Assembly: GCA_002368175.1 (NCBI GenBank)
Contig: AP018172.1
Span: 285,599 to 349,598, forward strand
DNA: 64,000 bases
Source of the DNA: Calothrix sp. NIES-2098
GTDB taxonomy: Bacteria; Cyanobacteriota; Cyanobacteriia; Cyanobacteriales; Nostocaceae
Reading direction: 5' to 3'
Part shown: in pieces, positions 30,902 to 41,469 of the stretch
How the letters are laid out: each line of letters begins with the position of its first letter
How positions within the stretch are numbered: position 1 is the stretch's first letter
The notes under the pieces: model-generated
What the model was told of the DNA's origin: nothing
Databases searched by the model: none
The model's input: the letters and a program-made list of their open reading frames with translations, nothing else
Program-made: the position numbers and the translations under genes

Positions 30902-32047
30902 ATGAATAAACAAATTCTGCTTTCAACCCCTCACATGGGCGATCGCGAACTCGAATTCGTCCAAGAAGCCTTTGCAACTAACTGGATAGCCCCTGTTGGC
31001 CCCCATGTCGATGCTTTTGAACAGGAATTTTGTCAAGTTACTGGTGCGGGTTATGCGGCGGCTGTCAGTTCGGGGACAGCAGCTATTCATTTAGCTTTGC
31101 GATTAATTGGGGTGGAATCGGGAGATGAAGTTTTTTGTTCGACGCTGACCTTTGCGGCTACTGCTAATCCGATAGTTTATCAGGGAGCCAAACCAGTATT
31201 TATTGATAGCGATCGCACTTCTTGGAACATGAATCCCGATTTGTTGCAAGCAGCCCTAGAACACCGCGCCCGCATTGGCAAATTACCCAAAGCAGTTGTG
31301 CTAGTACATTTATACGGGCAAAGTGCAGACATCGATCCGATCCTCAAAGCTTGCGATCGCTATGAAATTCCTTTAATTGAAGATGCAGCAGAAGCCTTAG
31401 GTGCTACCTACAAAGGCCGACATCCTGGAACCTTTGGCAAAATTGGTATTTATTCCTTCAACGGCAATAAAATTATCACTACATCTGGCGGTGGGATGTT
31501 AGTTTCAGATGACCCAGATTTAGTTAAAAAAGCCCGATTTCTCGCCACTCAAGCCCGCGATCCGGCACCTCATTACCAACATTCAGAAATAGGCTTTAAC
31601 TATCGCCTCAGCAATGTTTTGGCAGGGATTGGTCGGGGTCAATTGCAAGTTTTAAGCGATCGCGTCGCCGCTAGACGCCGCAACTTTGAGATTTACCAAC
31701 AAGCTTTAGGAAAGTTGCCAGGAATCGAATTCATGCCAGAAGCCAGTTTTGGACGTGCTACCCGTTGGCTGACTTGCCTGACCATCAATCCCCAGGTTTT
31801 TGGTGCAGATCGAGAACAAGTACGCCTAGCACTTGCCGCACAACAAATTGAAGCCCGTCCTGTCTGGAAACCTTTGCACCTCCAGCCCGTATTTGCTAAC
31901 TGTGAAGCTATTGGTGGTAGTGTAGCAGAAGAATTATTTACACAGGGTCTTTGCTTGCCTTCAGGCTCGAATCTCACAGACGAAGATTTAGAGCGAGTAA
32001 TTAATGCGATCGCCAAAATGCACCATCCTATAGAACAACTCATTTGA
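30902..32047 (+). CDS. DegT/DnrJ/EryC1/StrS-family PLP-dependent sugar aminotransferase
   Basis: LSTPHMGDRELEFVQEAF, SGTAAIHLAL, and the catalytic lysine region FSFNGNKIITTSGGG. Alternative starts are at 30893 and 30896. Confidence 0.85.
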   Translation: MNKQILLSTPHMGDRELEFVQEAFATNWIAPVGPHVDAFEQEFCQVTGAGYAAAVSSGTAAIHLALRLIGVESGDEVFCSTLTFAATANPIVYQGAKPVFIDSDRTSWNMNPDLLQAALEHRARIGKLPKAVVLVHLYGQSADIDPILKACDRYEIPLIEDAAEALGATYKGRHPGTFGKIGIYSFNGNKIITTSGGGMLVSDDPDLVKKARFLATQARDPAPHYQHSEIGFNYRLSNVLAGIGRGQLQVLSDRVAARRRNFEIYQQALGKLPGIEFMPEASFGRATRWLTCLTINPQVFGADREQVRLALAAQQIEARPVWKPLHLQPVFANCEAIGGSVAEELFTQGLCLPSGSNLTDEDLERVINAIAKMHHPIEQLI

Positions 32048-32158
32048 GAGGCTAGATTTGACGATTGCGATACTGTTGTTTAATCGTCCTTAACAACAGT
32101 TCATAATTCAAAATGAATTGAAGAGTTCTATACAATAAAAAAAACATAAAAATTGATT

Positions 32159-34354
32159 ATGGAAACTCAAGCACCTTTATTTAGTTTTAATAACTATTGG
32201 CACATACTGAAGCGCCGTTGGTTCCCTAGTTTAGGAGTTTTTATCCCAGTTTTTCTGCTGACTGTCATGGCTCTCTCTTTAAAAAAACCTGATTACGAGG
32301 CACAGGGAAAACTCTTATTTCAAAGGACAAATACTATCTCCTCGCTAACAGGAGTAGGAACAGAAATAGGCAAGTTAGAAGCAGTCGCTCAAGATAATAA
32401 AACTAATCCCTTAAATACAGAGGCAGAAATCATCCGTTCCGTTCCCCTAATCCAAAGAACTATAGATGAACTGGGATTGAGAAACGAGAAAGGAGAGATT
32501 TTAAAAATTAATGAATTTTTGTCAAAACTGTTTGTCAAAGATGTCAATGGAGCCGACATTATCACAGTTTCTTACAGAGACCGCGAGCCTGAAACAACTG
32601 CAAAAGTTGTGAATACAGTGATGAATATATATTTAGAACACAACGTATCTTCGCGGCGCAAAGAAGCAGCATCTGCTCGCCAGTTTCTGCAAAAAGAATT
32701 ACCTCATGCTGAATCAGTTGTGAGAAAAGCTGAAGCTGAACTTGCAAAGTTTAAAGATCGAAACAAAGTAGTTTCCTTGCAAGAAGAAGCAACTAAAGCA
32801 CTAGAAATTATTACAGACTTACAAAAACAAATTGGTGACTCGGAATCTCAAATTGCTAGTATCAACGCCCAGTCTGAAGATCTGCGACGGCAATTGAGTA
32901 TGAATTCTCAAGGAGCAGTAGCTATGACCTCGATTAGCCAATCTCCTGGGGTACAAGATATTCTCAAAGAGATTCAACAGCTCGAATCTCAACTGGCAGC
33001 TAGGCGAACTGTTTTGCAAGATAGCCATCCACAAATCGTTAGTTTACAAGATAAGTTAGATGCCTTAAAGAAGATACTACAACAGCGAATTAAACAGGTT
33101 GTAGGTACAAGTCAACCACAAGTAGCAGATGGTAATTTGCAGGCAGGAGCGTTGCAACAACAACTTACCGCAGACCTTGTGAGATTACAATCAACCCGTC
33201 TGGGTTTAGCCAGTCAAGTTGCAGCCTTGTCCCAATTACAAGCAGATTATAAACAACGCCTCCAAGCCCTTCCGAGATTGGAACAGCAACAGCGCCAGCT
33301 AGAGCGCAAAGTGCAAGCATCCCAATCTACCTATTTACTGATGCTACAAAAACTTCAAGAAAGTCAAATAGCAGAAAATCAGAATGTCGGTAACGCTAGC
33401 TTGGTATCTGAAGCTCAAGTTCCTGACAAGCCGATTTCTTCGCCGTTGCTATCGTATATAACTGCTGGCTTACTAGCTACCTTAGCTGCTTTGGCAACTA
33501 TGTATATTTTAGAAGCCAGAGATAAATCAATCAAGACTGTTGATGAAGCCAAACAATTATTGGGACTAACTTTGTTAGGGGTAATTCCTTTCTCTAACGA
33601 ACCAACAACAGCTCTTACTAGCAATAATGAACTAGAGCCATATACTTCTAGACTGTTTTTGAGAAATGCTACGCGATCGCCCATTAGCGAAGCTTATCGA
33701 ATGCTGCGGGCAAATTTGAAGTTCATGAGCGCTGATAAAGAATTAAAGGTGATTGTTGTCACCAGTTCTGTACCAGGAGAAGGTAAGTCAACAGTAGCAG
33801 CTAATTTAGCTTTAGCAATGGCGCAGCTGGAGCGTAAAGTTTTACTCGTAGATGGAGATTTGCACCGTCCAGTTCAGCATCTTATTTGGGATGTAACTAA
33901 TAGCCAAGGTCTCAGCAATGTGATTGTTGGAGAGTCGGAAATCAAGACAGCCACCAACAAAGTTATGGATAACATGGATAATTTAGATGTCTTGACTGCT
34001 GGAGTTGTACCTCCCTCGCCCGCATCTCTGCTGGATTCAAAACGCATGGCTTCTTTAATGCAGAATTTTGCTGTTAACTACGATTTTGTGATTATTGATG
34101 CTCCCGCATTAAACGTTGCAGCTGATGCAGCGACATTAGGACAAATGGCTGATGGCGTTTTATTTGTCGTTCGTCCTGGGGTAGTTGATTCTGTGAACGC
34201 CGCTATGGCTTGTGATATTTTAGAAAAATCTGGTCAGAACGTCCTAGGACAAGTTGTGAACGCAGTTATTCCCAAAAATGAAAGCCATAGTTACTACTAT
34301 TTCAACGAAGAATCTGACCTGCCAAAATATTCTCTGGCCATCAGTCGCAGGTAA
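32159..34354 (+). CDS. wzc: Wzc/GumC-type polysaccharide co-polymerase with C-terminal BY-kinase (tyrosine autokinase) domain
   Basis: N-terminal TM segment plus Wzz-like coiled-coil periplasmic region, a second TM segment, Walker A VVTSSVPGEGKST, and a Tyr-rich tail SHSYYYFNE. Confidence 0.8.
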   Translation: METQAPLFSFNNYWHILKRRWFPSLGVFIPVFLLTVMALSLKKPDYEAQGKLLFQRTNTISSLTGVGTEIGKLEAVAQDNKTNPLNTEAEIIRSVPLIQRTIDELGLRNEKGEILKINEFLSKLFVKDVNGADIITVSYRDREPETTAKVVNTVMNIYLEHNVSSRRKEAASARQFLQKELPHAESVVRKAEAELAKFKDRNKVVSLQEEATKALEIITDLQKQIGDSESQIASINAQSEDLRRQLSMNSQGAVAMTSISQSPGVQDILKEIQQLESQLAARRTVLQDSHPQIVSLQDKLDALKKILQQRIKQVVGTSQPQVADGNLQAGALQQQLTADLVRLQSTRLGLASQVAALSQLQADYKQRLQALPRLEQQQRQLERKVQASQSTYLLMLQKLQESQIAENQNVGNASLVSEAQVPDKPISSPLLSYITAGLLATLAALATMYILEARDKSIKTVDEAKQLLGLTLLGVIPFSNEPTTALTSNNELEPYTSRLFLRNATRSPISEAYRMLRANLKFMSADKELKVIVVTSSVPGEGKSTVAANLALAMAQLERKVLLVDGDLHRPVQHLIWDVTNSQGLSNVIVGESEIKTATNKVMDNMDNLDVLTAGVVPPSPASLLDSKRMASLMQNFAVNYDFVIIDAPALNVAADAATLGQMADGVLFVVRPGVVDSVNAAMACDILEKSGQNVLGQVVNAVIPKNESHSYYYFNEESDLPKYSLAISRR

Positions 34355-34442
34355 AAGATTGAGCTAATAGCAAAATGTCCCTAAAAACTGCATATTTTTG
34401 AGAAAGACCGGGATTGGTGGTGAATCGCTGGTCGCTTGTGCT

Positions 34443-34488
34443 GTTTGACATACTCTCTGGAATTGAATTCAGGAGAGCGTGTCAAACA
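34443..34488. terminator. putative bidirectional intrinsic terminator between the convergent wzc and epimerase genes
   Basis: Inverted repeat TGTTTGACATACTCTCTGG ... CAGGAGAGCGTGTCAAACA with an imperfect stem of roughly 17 bp, located in the 147-bp convergent gap. Confidence 0.4.
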
Positions 34489-34501
34489 TCACAATTATTA
34501 A

Positions 34502-35452
34502 TTAGCTATACAATGCCTTAATCCATTGCCATTCTTGAGTCAAACCTTCCCTCAGAGACACTTGAGGGTGATATTTGAGAATTTCTCGTGCTTTAGATAC
34601 GTCAGCAGCGGTGTGACGCGCATCTCCCATTGCCTTTTCTATATGGTTTCTTTTGATGGGTTTGCCAACTATCTCTGCCATCGTATCGAGAACTTCTGCT
34701 AACACGACTCTGCTACCACCACCGATATTAAATATTTCCCCAATAGCTTCCGGGATAGTGGCGGCGGCTAAATTGGCGGCTACAGCATCACTGACAAAGG
34801 TAAAATCTCGCGTTTGTTGACCATCCCCATAAACGGGAATCGCTTCATCTTGTAAAACTGCTTTGAAAAACTTATGAAATGCCATGTCAGGGCGTTGTCT
34901 CGGCCCATAAACGGTAAAATACCGCAGAGATACAAAAGGTACGCCAAAGTTTTTGTGATACAGCCCACATAAACGCTCGGCTGCTAGCTTAGTAATACCA
35001 TAAGGAGAGACAGGACGAGGCGCAATACCCTCGTTGGTAGGTAAGGTTTCTGCATCACCATAAATACTAGAGGTAGAAGCAAACACTAGTCTTTTGAGGT
35101 TTTTCGCATCTTTGGCTGCTTCTAACAAAACTTGCGTGGCATTAATATTGCGTTCCGTGTAGGCGCGGAAACCTTTTCCCCAACTTGCTCTTACCCCTGC
35201 TTGTGCTGCTTGATGGTAAATTACTTCCACATCTTGGAGTAGCGTCTGCCAATCTAAAAACTGAATATCTCCTTCAACTAGTGAAAAGTTAGGAAACACT
35301 TGTAGGTGTCCAATATTCTTGCGTTTGAATGTCGGATCGTAGTAATCGTTAAATTCATCAATGCCAATTACTTGTTCGCCTTGTTGCAGCAAGGCTTCTG
35401 CAAGATGAGAACCAATAAATCCTGCTGCTCCTGTGACAATGATTTTAGCCAT
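34502..35452 (-). CDS. NAD-dependent epimerase/dehydratase, UDP-glucuronate 4-epimerase-like
   Basis: MAKIIVTGAAGFIGSHL Rossmann fold, NDYYDP motif typical of UDP-GlcA 4-epimerases, and YxxxK. Confidence 0.7.
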   Translation of the reverse strand: MAKIIVTGAAGFIGSHLAEALLQQGEQVIGIDEFNDYYDPTFKRKNIGHLQVFPNFSLVEGDIQFLDWQTLLQDVEVIYHQAAQAGVRASWGKGFRAYTERNINATQVLLEAAKDAKNLKRLVFASTSSIYGDAETLPTNEGIAPRPVSPYGITKLAAERLCGLYHKNFGVPFVSLRYFTVYGPRQRPDMAFHKFFKAVLQDEAIPVYGDGQQTRDFTFVSDAVAANLAAATIPEAIGEIFNIGGGSRVVLAEVLDTMAEIVGKPIKRNHIEKAMGDARHTAADVSKAREILKYHPQVSLREGLTQEWQWIKALYS

Positions 35453-35667
35453 ATTGCTGATTTTTTGAGCTGTGTATATTCACAGGGTAATACTTATAAC
35501 CAGTAAAAGTTCTTTCGGGTAGAGAGCGATCGCTATTCCCAACCAAATTCAAGGTTATTTGTAACTAAATTTACTTAATAGTTAAATACAGCACTGATTT
35601 TTGGGCACTATGAGTTTACTAAATGTGTTAAATTTGTCGCCAGCTGCCCTGATGCAGCTTCAGCCTC

Positions 35668-38085
35668 ATGAAGTGGAAAGTTCAATTGCGTCCGGAACCG
35701 ACAATCGTTATAGCATCTTTGGTTATTCCCGCGATTCACTTCTACCTTTGCAAGATATCTGTATCGATGTCCTTTGAAAATGGATCGGCAGCTATCTGGC
35801 CTTCAGCAGGTCTTTTTTTAGCTAGTTTTCTACTACTGGGATATCGGATTTGGCCTGTACTATTGTTGGGTGACATCATTGCTGAATACATACACTTATA
35901 CCCTAATGACTTGATAGCAAGTAGCCTCATCTCAGTTTGGGATACTATTGACCCTTTGGTAGCCAGTTGGTTAATCAATCGTTTCATCAAACACCGCAAT
36001 ATCCTAGAGAGGTCTGGGGATACTTTTAGATTTTTAATCCTGTTAGTGCCTACTCCAGTCATCGGAACTACTTTTGCCGTAGCCACACTTTGCCTACGTC
36101 ACATCACTCCTTGGACTGCTTATGGAGAAACCTGGCGAAGTTGGTTTACGGCACTTTTGGGCGGCGCACTCGTTGTTACACCTGCATTATTAACTTGGTT
36201 CCAGAGATCGGGGAAGCAAGAACGGCTGAACCGAGAAAAAATTATTGAGTTCGCACTGCTGCTGTTATTTTTAATTGCCATCAGTCGGATCGTTTTTTGG
36301 CTAGGGTATCCTGTAGAGTACACGATCGTTCCCCTGTTAATTTGGTCGGCGTTTCGGTTTGGACAACGGGAATCGACTTTACTTGTAGTTTTGGTGTCCG
36401 CGATCGCAGTTTTTGCCACAGCTCGTGGTTTTGGTGCATTTGCCAAACTAGAGTCGGTCAATCAGTCCCTAATATTATTGCAATCTTTTATCGGCGTTAT
36501 CGCCGTTACTACCTTTATTCTTTGTGCTGTCATTAATGAAAACCGTCAAGCCCAAGCAACACTGAAAAAGACAAACGACGAGTTAGAACAACGGGTACAA
36601 GACCGCACCCAACAGCTAAGACAAGCATTAGAAACTGCCGATGCGGCTAAAGTTGCAGCTGACAGCGCCAATAAAGCTAAAAGCGAATTCCTCGCTAACA
36701 TGAGCCATGAGTTGAGAACTCCACTCAACGGTATCCTGGGCTACACCCAAATTTTGCGTCGTTCGGAACCCTTAAGCAATCGCGGACTTCACGGCATCGA
36801 TATTATCTCCCAGTGTGGTTCCCACCTGTTAACTCTGATCGAAGATGTCTTGGATCTGTCGAAAATCGAAGCCCGGAAAATGGAACTTCACCTGATTGAT
36901 TTTCATTTTCCATCGTTTGTTGAAGGCGTTAGTGAAATTTGCCGCATCCGTGCCGAACAGAAAGGCATTTCATTTGTTTATCAAGGCGATGCTTTATTAC
37001 CTGTGGGCATTCGGGCTGATGAAAAGCGCCTGCGGCAAGTTTTAATCAATCTACTTGGCAATGCTATTAAGTTTACCGATAAAGGTAGCGTCATCTTTCG
37101 CATCACATCTCAAGCATTGGTCAACCAAGCCTCAGAGCAACCCGCAATTTACAAAATTCGCTTTGAGGTGGAAGATACCGGGGTGGGAATGACAAACCAA
37201 CAACTAGAGAAAATTTTCTTGCCTTTTGAGCAAGTAGGAGATATTCAAAAACAAGCTGAAGGTACGGGTTTAGGATTGGCAATTAGCTCAAAAATCGTTT
37301 CCCTGATGGGCAGCCAAATTGAGGTACAAAGTGAGTTGGGTAAAGGTACTAGCTTTTGGTTTGAGGTGGAGTTAGCTGAAGTTCCTGACTGGGCTGAAGC
37401 TTCCAGGATAGTACAACAAGGCACAATCGTTGGATATCAAGGCAGAAAGCAAAAAATCCTCGTTGTGGATGACAAATGGGAGAATCGCTCTGTCATTGTC
37501 AATTTGCTAGCACCGATTGGCTTTGAACTCGCTGAGTCCAGTAACGCTCAAGCAGGATTAGAGCAAGCGATGCAATGGCAGCCAGACCTAATTATTACCG
37601 ACCTGGTGATGCCTGTAATGTCTGGTTTGGAATTTATCAAGCATCTGCGACAGTTGCCCCAACTCCAAAACGCGATCGTTATTGCTTCTTCTGCTAGTGT
37701 GTTTGAAATAGACCAATACAAAAGTTTTGATGTCGGAGCGAATGCATTTTTGCCAAAACCCGTGCAAATGGAAACTTTGTTAGAGTTGCTTTGCAAACAT
37801 CTACAACTGGAGTGGGTATATGAGGCAAAATCAGACCTAGCAATCCCAAACTCAAGCGATTTGATGTTAGCAGCAGCGATCGCTCCACCATCACTAGAAG
37901 TATTAAACGAGCTGTACCAGCTGGCCAAAAAAGGCGATGTCTACGGAATTTTGGATCTAGCTCATCAAATTAAACAGCAGGACAGTATTTTGATTCCCTT
38001 TGCTCAAAAATTAATTCACTTAGCAGAGAATTTTCAACTTAACCCGCTACGAGATTTTATTGAAGGATATCTGGATAATCCTTAA
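35668..38085 (+). CDS. MASE1-domain hybrid sensor histidine kinase (MASE1-HisKA-HATPase-REC-C-terminal extension)
   Basis: Membrane MASE1-like N-terminus, H-box [14 protein letters not shown]-boxes, and a receiver with ILVVDDK...[12 protein letters not shown]. Confidence 0.8.
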   Translation: MKWKVQLRPEPTIVIASLVIPAIHFYLCKISVSMSFENGSAAIWPSAGLFLASFLLLGYRIWPVLLLGDIIAEYIHLYPNDLIASSLISVWDTIDPLVASWLINRFIKHRNILERSGDTFRFLILLVPTPVIGTTFAVATLCLRHITPWTAYGETWRSWFTALLGGALVVTPALLTWFQRSGKQERLNREKIIEFALLLLFLIAISRIVFWLGYPVEYTIVPLLIWSAFRFGQRESTLLVVLVSAIAVFATARGFGAFAKLESVNQSLILLQSFIGVIAVTTFILCAVINENRQAQATLKKTNDELEQRVQDRTQQLRQALETADAAKVAADSANKAKSEFLANMSHELRTPLNGILGYTQILRRSEPLSNRGLHGIDIISQCGSHLLTLIEDVLDLSKIEARKMELHLIDFHFPSFVEGVSEICRIRAEQKGISFVYQGDALLPVGIRADEKRLRQVLINLLGNAIKFTDKGSVIFRITSQALVNQASEQPAIYKIRFEVEDTGVGMTNQQLEKIFLPFEQVGDIQKQAEGTGLGLAISSKIVSLMGSQIEVQSELGKGTSFWFEVELAEVPDWAEASRIVQQGTIVGYQGRKQKILVVDDKWENRSVIVNLLAPIGFELAESSNAQAGLEQAMQWQPDLIITDLVMPVMSGLEFIKHLRQLPQLQNAIVIASSASVFEIDQYKSFDVGANAFLPKPVQMETLLELLCKHLQLEWVYEAKSDLAIPNSSDLMLAAAIAPPSLEVLNELYQLAKKGDVYGILDLAHQIKQQDSILIPFAQKLIHLAENFQLNPLRDFIEGYLDNP

Positions 38086-38121
38086 ATTGTCTTAATTTTT
38101 AAACTATTTGATTGTAGATCT

Positions 38122-39393
38122 ATGCTGACTTCCAATTTAGAACCAGGCTTTATTTTAATTGTCGATGATAATCCAACTAACTTATCAGTATTAGCTCAAA
38201 CTCTCAAAGCAGCAGGCTTATCTATTCGCATTGCTACAGATGGCAAAAGCGCGCTGAGGCAACTTGCAGAAAATAGCGATCGCCCCGAACTGATTCTCCT
38301 TGATGTGCAGATGCCAGGAATTGATGGATTTGAAACCTGCTGTCAACTCAAGGCAAACCCCACAACACAAGATATTCCAGTCATTTTTATGACTGCTTTG
38401 GCAGATACACACAGTAAAGTCAAAGGACTTTCTTTAGGGGCTGTAGACTACATTACTAAACCGTTTGAAGGGGAAGAAGTTTTAGCCAGAGTCCGAGTTC
38501 ATTTACAAATGCGCCTTCTGGGTAAAACCCTCCAGCAATGGAACGAACAATTAGAACAACGGGTAACAGAACGTACCGCTGCACTGCAAAAAGCACAAGT
38601 GCAATTAGTACAGCAGGAAAAGCTAGCTACACTAGGTCAACTCGTGGCGGGAGTAGCGCACGAAATTAATAATCCAATGGGCTGTATTTATAGTAATATT
38701 CCCATCGCCCAAGACTATCTGAAAGATATCAATACAATCCTACGACTCTATCAAAAATGTTGCACTTCATTGACACCGGAAATTGAAAAAGCATTAAAAG
38801 AAATTGACATAGATTTTATCTTTGAAGACTTTTCTAAACTGCTCTATACTCTCAAATTGAGTACGGAGCGTATTCAAGATATTTCAGTGTCATTACGCAA
38901 CTTCTCACGCTTGGATGTTGATACAAAAGTACTAACAAATTTACATGATGGAATTGATAGCACCCTATTAATTTTAGGACATCGCCTCAAAGCTGTAGGT
39001 AGTTATCCGGCGATTGAAATCATTAAAGAATATGGCAGCATACCTGAAGTTGAGTGTTATCCAAGTCTGCTCAATCAAGTATTTATGAATTTGCTAGCCA
39101 ATGCCATTGATGCTTTGGAAGAAGAACCCAATCCCACAATCCGCATTTGTACAGAAATGCTTCATGGCTGGGTGATAATTCGGATTTTAGATAATGGTGA
39201 GGGAATTAGTGAGGAAGTTAAGCAACGATTGTTTGAGCCGTTATTTACTACTAAGCCTTCTGGTAAAGGTACAGGATTAGGATTATCAATTGCTCGGCAG
39301 ATTGTGGAAGAAAAGCATGGAGGTCAATTGAGTATGGTATCAGAATTAGGCAAAGGATGTGAGTTTGTCATCAAAATTCCGCTTCACCAATAA
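38122..39393 (+). CDS. response-regulator receiver / histidine kinase fusion (REC-HisKA-HATPase)
   Basis: N-terminal REC (ILIVDDNPTNL...DVQMPGIDGFE), then HEINNPMG H-box and GTGLGLSIARQ G2 box. Confidence 0.8.
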   Translation: MLTSNLEPGFILIVDDNPTNLSVLAQTLKAAGLSIRIATDGKSALRQLAENSDRPELILLDVQMPGIDGFETCCQLKANPTTQDIPVIFMTALADTHSKVKGLSLGAVDYITKPFEGEEVLARVRVHLQMRLLGKTLQQWNEQLEQRVTERTAALQKAQVQLVQQEKLATLGQLVAGVAHEINNPMGCIYSNIPIAQDYLKDINTILRLYQKCCTSLTPEIEKALKEIDIDFIFEDFSKLLYTLKLSTERIQDISVSLRNFSRLDVDTKVLTNLHDGIDSTLLILGHRLKAVGSYPAIEIIKEYGSIPEVECYPSLLNQVFMNLLANAIDALEEEPNPTIRICTEMLHGWVIIRILDNGEGISEEVKQRLFEPLFTTKPSGKGTGLGLSIARQIVEEKHGGQLSMVSELGKGCEFVIKIPLHQ

Positions 39394-39519
39394 TACCTGG
39401 TAATTAGCAAATTCTTACATAATTTAGATTTTAATCGGGAGCCGAATTCTAGATAGAGAGAGGGGAAAATTTTAACCTAACCATGAAATTAAAATTTACT
39501 TCGATTTAATTTGGTCTAA

Positions 39520-41364
39520 TTACCGATCGCTCTGATATTGGTTTAACAACTGCGGAATATGATCGTATCCATCTACACCGATAATTGCAATTATTTTCGC
39601 GCGGTGTTGTTGCAACAAATTTTGGAAAGATTCTGTGCCAATTTGACCTTGTAAAATTGTTAGTAATCCTGCTGGTTGTCGCCATTCACGAGAGGCAATT
39701 TGCTCCAGAAGATACATACCTAAGCTACCAGTGTAAATTGCTTTTTCAGAATTTTGTAGTTGATAATAAGCTTCAGCTAGGTAAGCTAAATTGCGTCCTT
39801 GGAGGTACAAATCACCGGAAATCTGCGCTGTTTTAAAACCTTCTTCCAAATATTTAATAGCATCCTGTTGTTGCCCAATTACTAAATAGGCAATTCCTAG
39901 GCTACTAAAACACAAAGCTTTACTTTGAATATCGCCTAATTGTTCTGATAACTTTAAGCCTTGTTGCAGATAATTAATCGCCATTTCATAGGTTTCTGGC
40001 TCTAGTTGTTCTAGTTCTTGGGCGTGCATCACTTCGCTGTAGCCTAAATTAATCAGCGCATTGGCTTCGCCTGTGCGATCGCCTACTTGTCGGCTGAGGA
40101 TTAAGGCGCGTTGGCTATAGTTAATCGCCTCAACATAATCTTGTTCTTGGACGTAGGTACGGCTGAGGTGGTTGAGATTGGCAATTTCACAAGGGCGATC
40201 GCCTGCATTTCTGGCTATCTCTAATGCTTGTTGGTGGAAGTTAATTGAGCGTTGATATTGACCTAAAGCACGCTGGGAATAGCCTAAAATTGTCAAAATT
40301 CTGGCTTTTTCTTGAGTTCCCTCTACTTGCCGCAAGGGTTCATCTAAATAATCCAAAGTATCCCGCAAATAGTTACCCGAAAACGAAGCGAAAATTCCCC
40401 CATAAAGCGGAAAATAGGGACGCAAGGCAAAGTTGCGTAATATCTGGAGCATGATTTGAGCAGCGCCATCGCTGTAAACTGTGGCAATACTATGAAACCC
40501 ACTTGCTAATTGACTCCACAGCACTGCAAAGGTTAAGTAAGTTGAAATCGATAACTTGGAACCTGCTTGCACATTATAAGGTTGTTGGTCAAACCAATTG
40601 ACTAAACCTCTTTGCAAGTATTGCAGAATAAATGCCATTTCCACCCAATCACTCAGGGTCATATTGCGCTGCTGGGCTGCAAATTCAATGGCAGATTGCT
40701 CCATTGCCAAGGTACGCAGTAGTGCGTGAGGTAATTGACTATTAATTTGCTTTGCCCAAGTCGCCCAAGGGCCGCTTTCACCAGGTACGCCGCCGAACCC
40801 CAGTGCTTGATTTTGCTCATACATCCAACTAACTAAGTGTTCTTGCAATCGCTGCCAAGTAGCCAAACCTCGGTTAATTCCTGCTGAGATTTGCTGTAAA
40901 TCAGAATCTGGTTGAGCAAATTGCTGTAAAGATTTTGACAATTGCTGTAGCTGTTGGGAATTTAGAGGATACTTTTGATTGGGGTCGGTAAACCGGAGAA
41001 ATGTTGCCAGGCGTTCGTCAGATGAGGCTGTGGTAATTTCTTTCACACCAGCAACGATCGCTTCTGTAGCTTTGTTGTGTTCTTGCCACCTTTGCCATTG
41101 ACTCTGAATTGTCTTAATTGCCCTTAAACTGCGGGTAGCCTTGGCTTTCTTGAGTTCATCCTTTTCACTATCTACTTGACTTTGGATAGCACCGAAGCGA
41201 TCGCTCAAAACCAGCTCAAATACTTCTCCTGTACCGGGATTCACACCTTTGAGCAACATTTGATACACCTGCTCTACAGAGCTAATCTTGCCCTTGAGGG
41301 TGGTGTCCACAATTTCATCGATTAAAGCAAGGTAGCGATCGCGCAATGGCAGAGAGTCTGACAC
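39520..41364 (-). CDS. tetratricopeptide-repeat (TPR) protein
   Basis: Multiple TPR units in the C-terminal two thirds (AYYQLQNSEKAI, ALCFSSLGIAY and others). Confidence 0.6.
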   Translation of the reverse strand: MSDSLPLRDRYLALIDEIVDTTLKGKISSVEQVYQMLLKGVNPGTGEVFELVLSDRFGAIQSQVDSEKDELKKAKATRSLRAIKTIQSQWQRWQEHNKATEAIVAGVKEITTASSDERLATFLRFTDPNQKYPLNSQQLQQLSKSLQQFAQPDSDLQQISAGINRGLATWQRLQEHLVSWMYEQNQALGFGGVPGESGPWATWAKQINSQLPHALLRTLAMEQSAIEFAAQQRNMTLSDWVEMAFILQYLQRGLVNWFDQQPYNVQAGSKLSISTYLTFAVLWSQLASGFHSIATVYSDGAAQIMLQILRNFALRPYFPLYGGIFASFSGNYLRDTLDYLDEPLRQVEGTQEKARILTILGYSQRALGQYQRSINFHQQALEIARNAGDRPCEIANLNHLSRTYVQEQDYVEAINYSQRALILSRQVGDRTGEANALINLGYSEVMHAQELEQLEPETYEMAINYLQQGLKLSEQLGDIQSKALCFSSLGIAYLVIGQQQDAIKYLEEGFKTAQISGDLYLQGRNLAYLAEAYYQLQNSEKAIYTGSLGMYLLEQIASREWRQPAGLLTILQGQIGTESFQNLLQQHRAKIIAIIGVDGYDHIPQLLNQYQSDR

Positions 41365-41469
41365 TTTAGCTACTGGTGAATGTACGTCATTTTCATTCTA
41401 ATTCTAGTCTGGGTAGAAGAGAGAGGATGAGGGAGTGTGGGAAAAAATGAAAAATGACAATTACTCAAT

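Noticed and set aside
28386-32047. A sialic/pseudaminic/legionaminic acid (nonulosonic acid) pathway suggested by NeuD-like acetyltransferases with DegT and CapD-like genes
   Set aside because: No NeuB/PseI-type synthase, no CMP-nonulosonate cytidylyltransferase and no UDP-GlcNAc 2-epimerase are present in the window. A simpler 4-amino-4,6-dideoxyhexose with N-acylation explains the genes.
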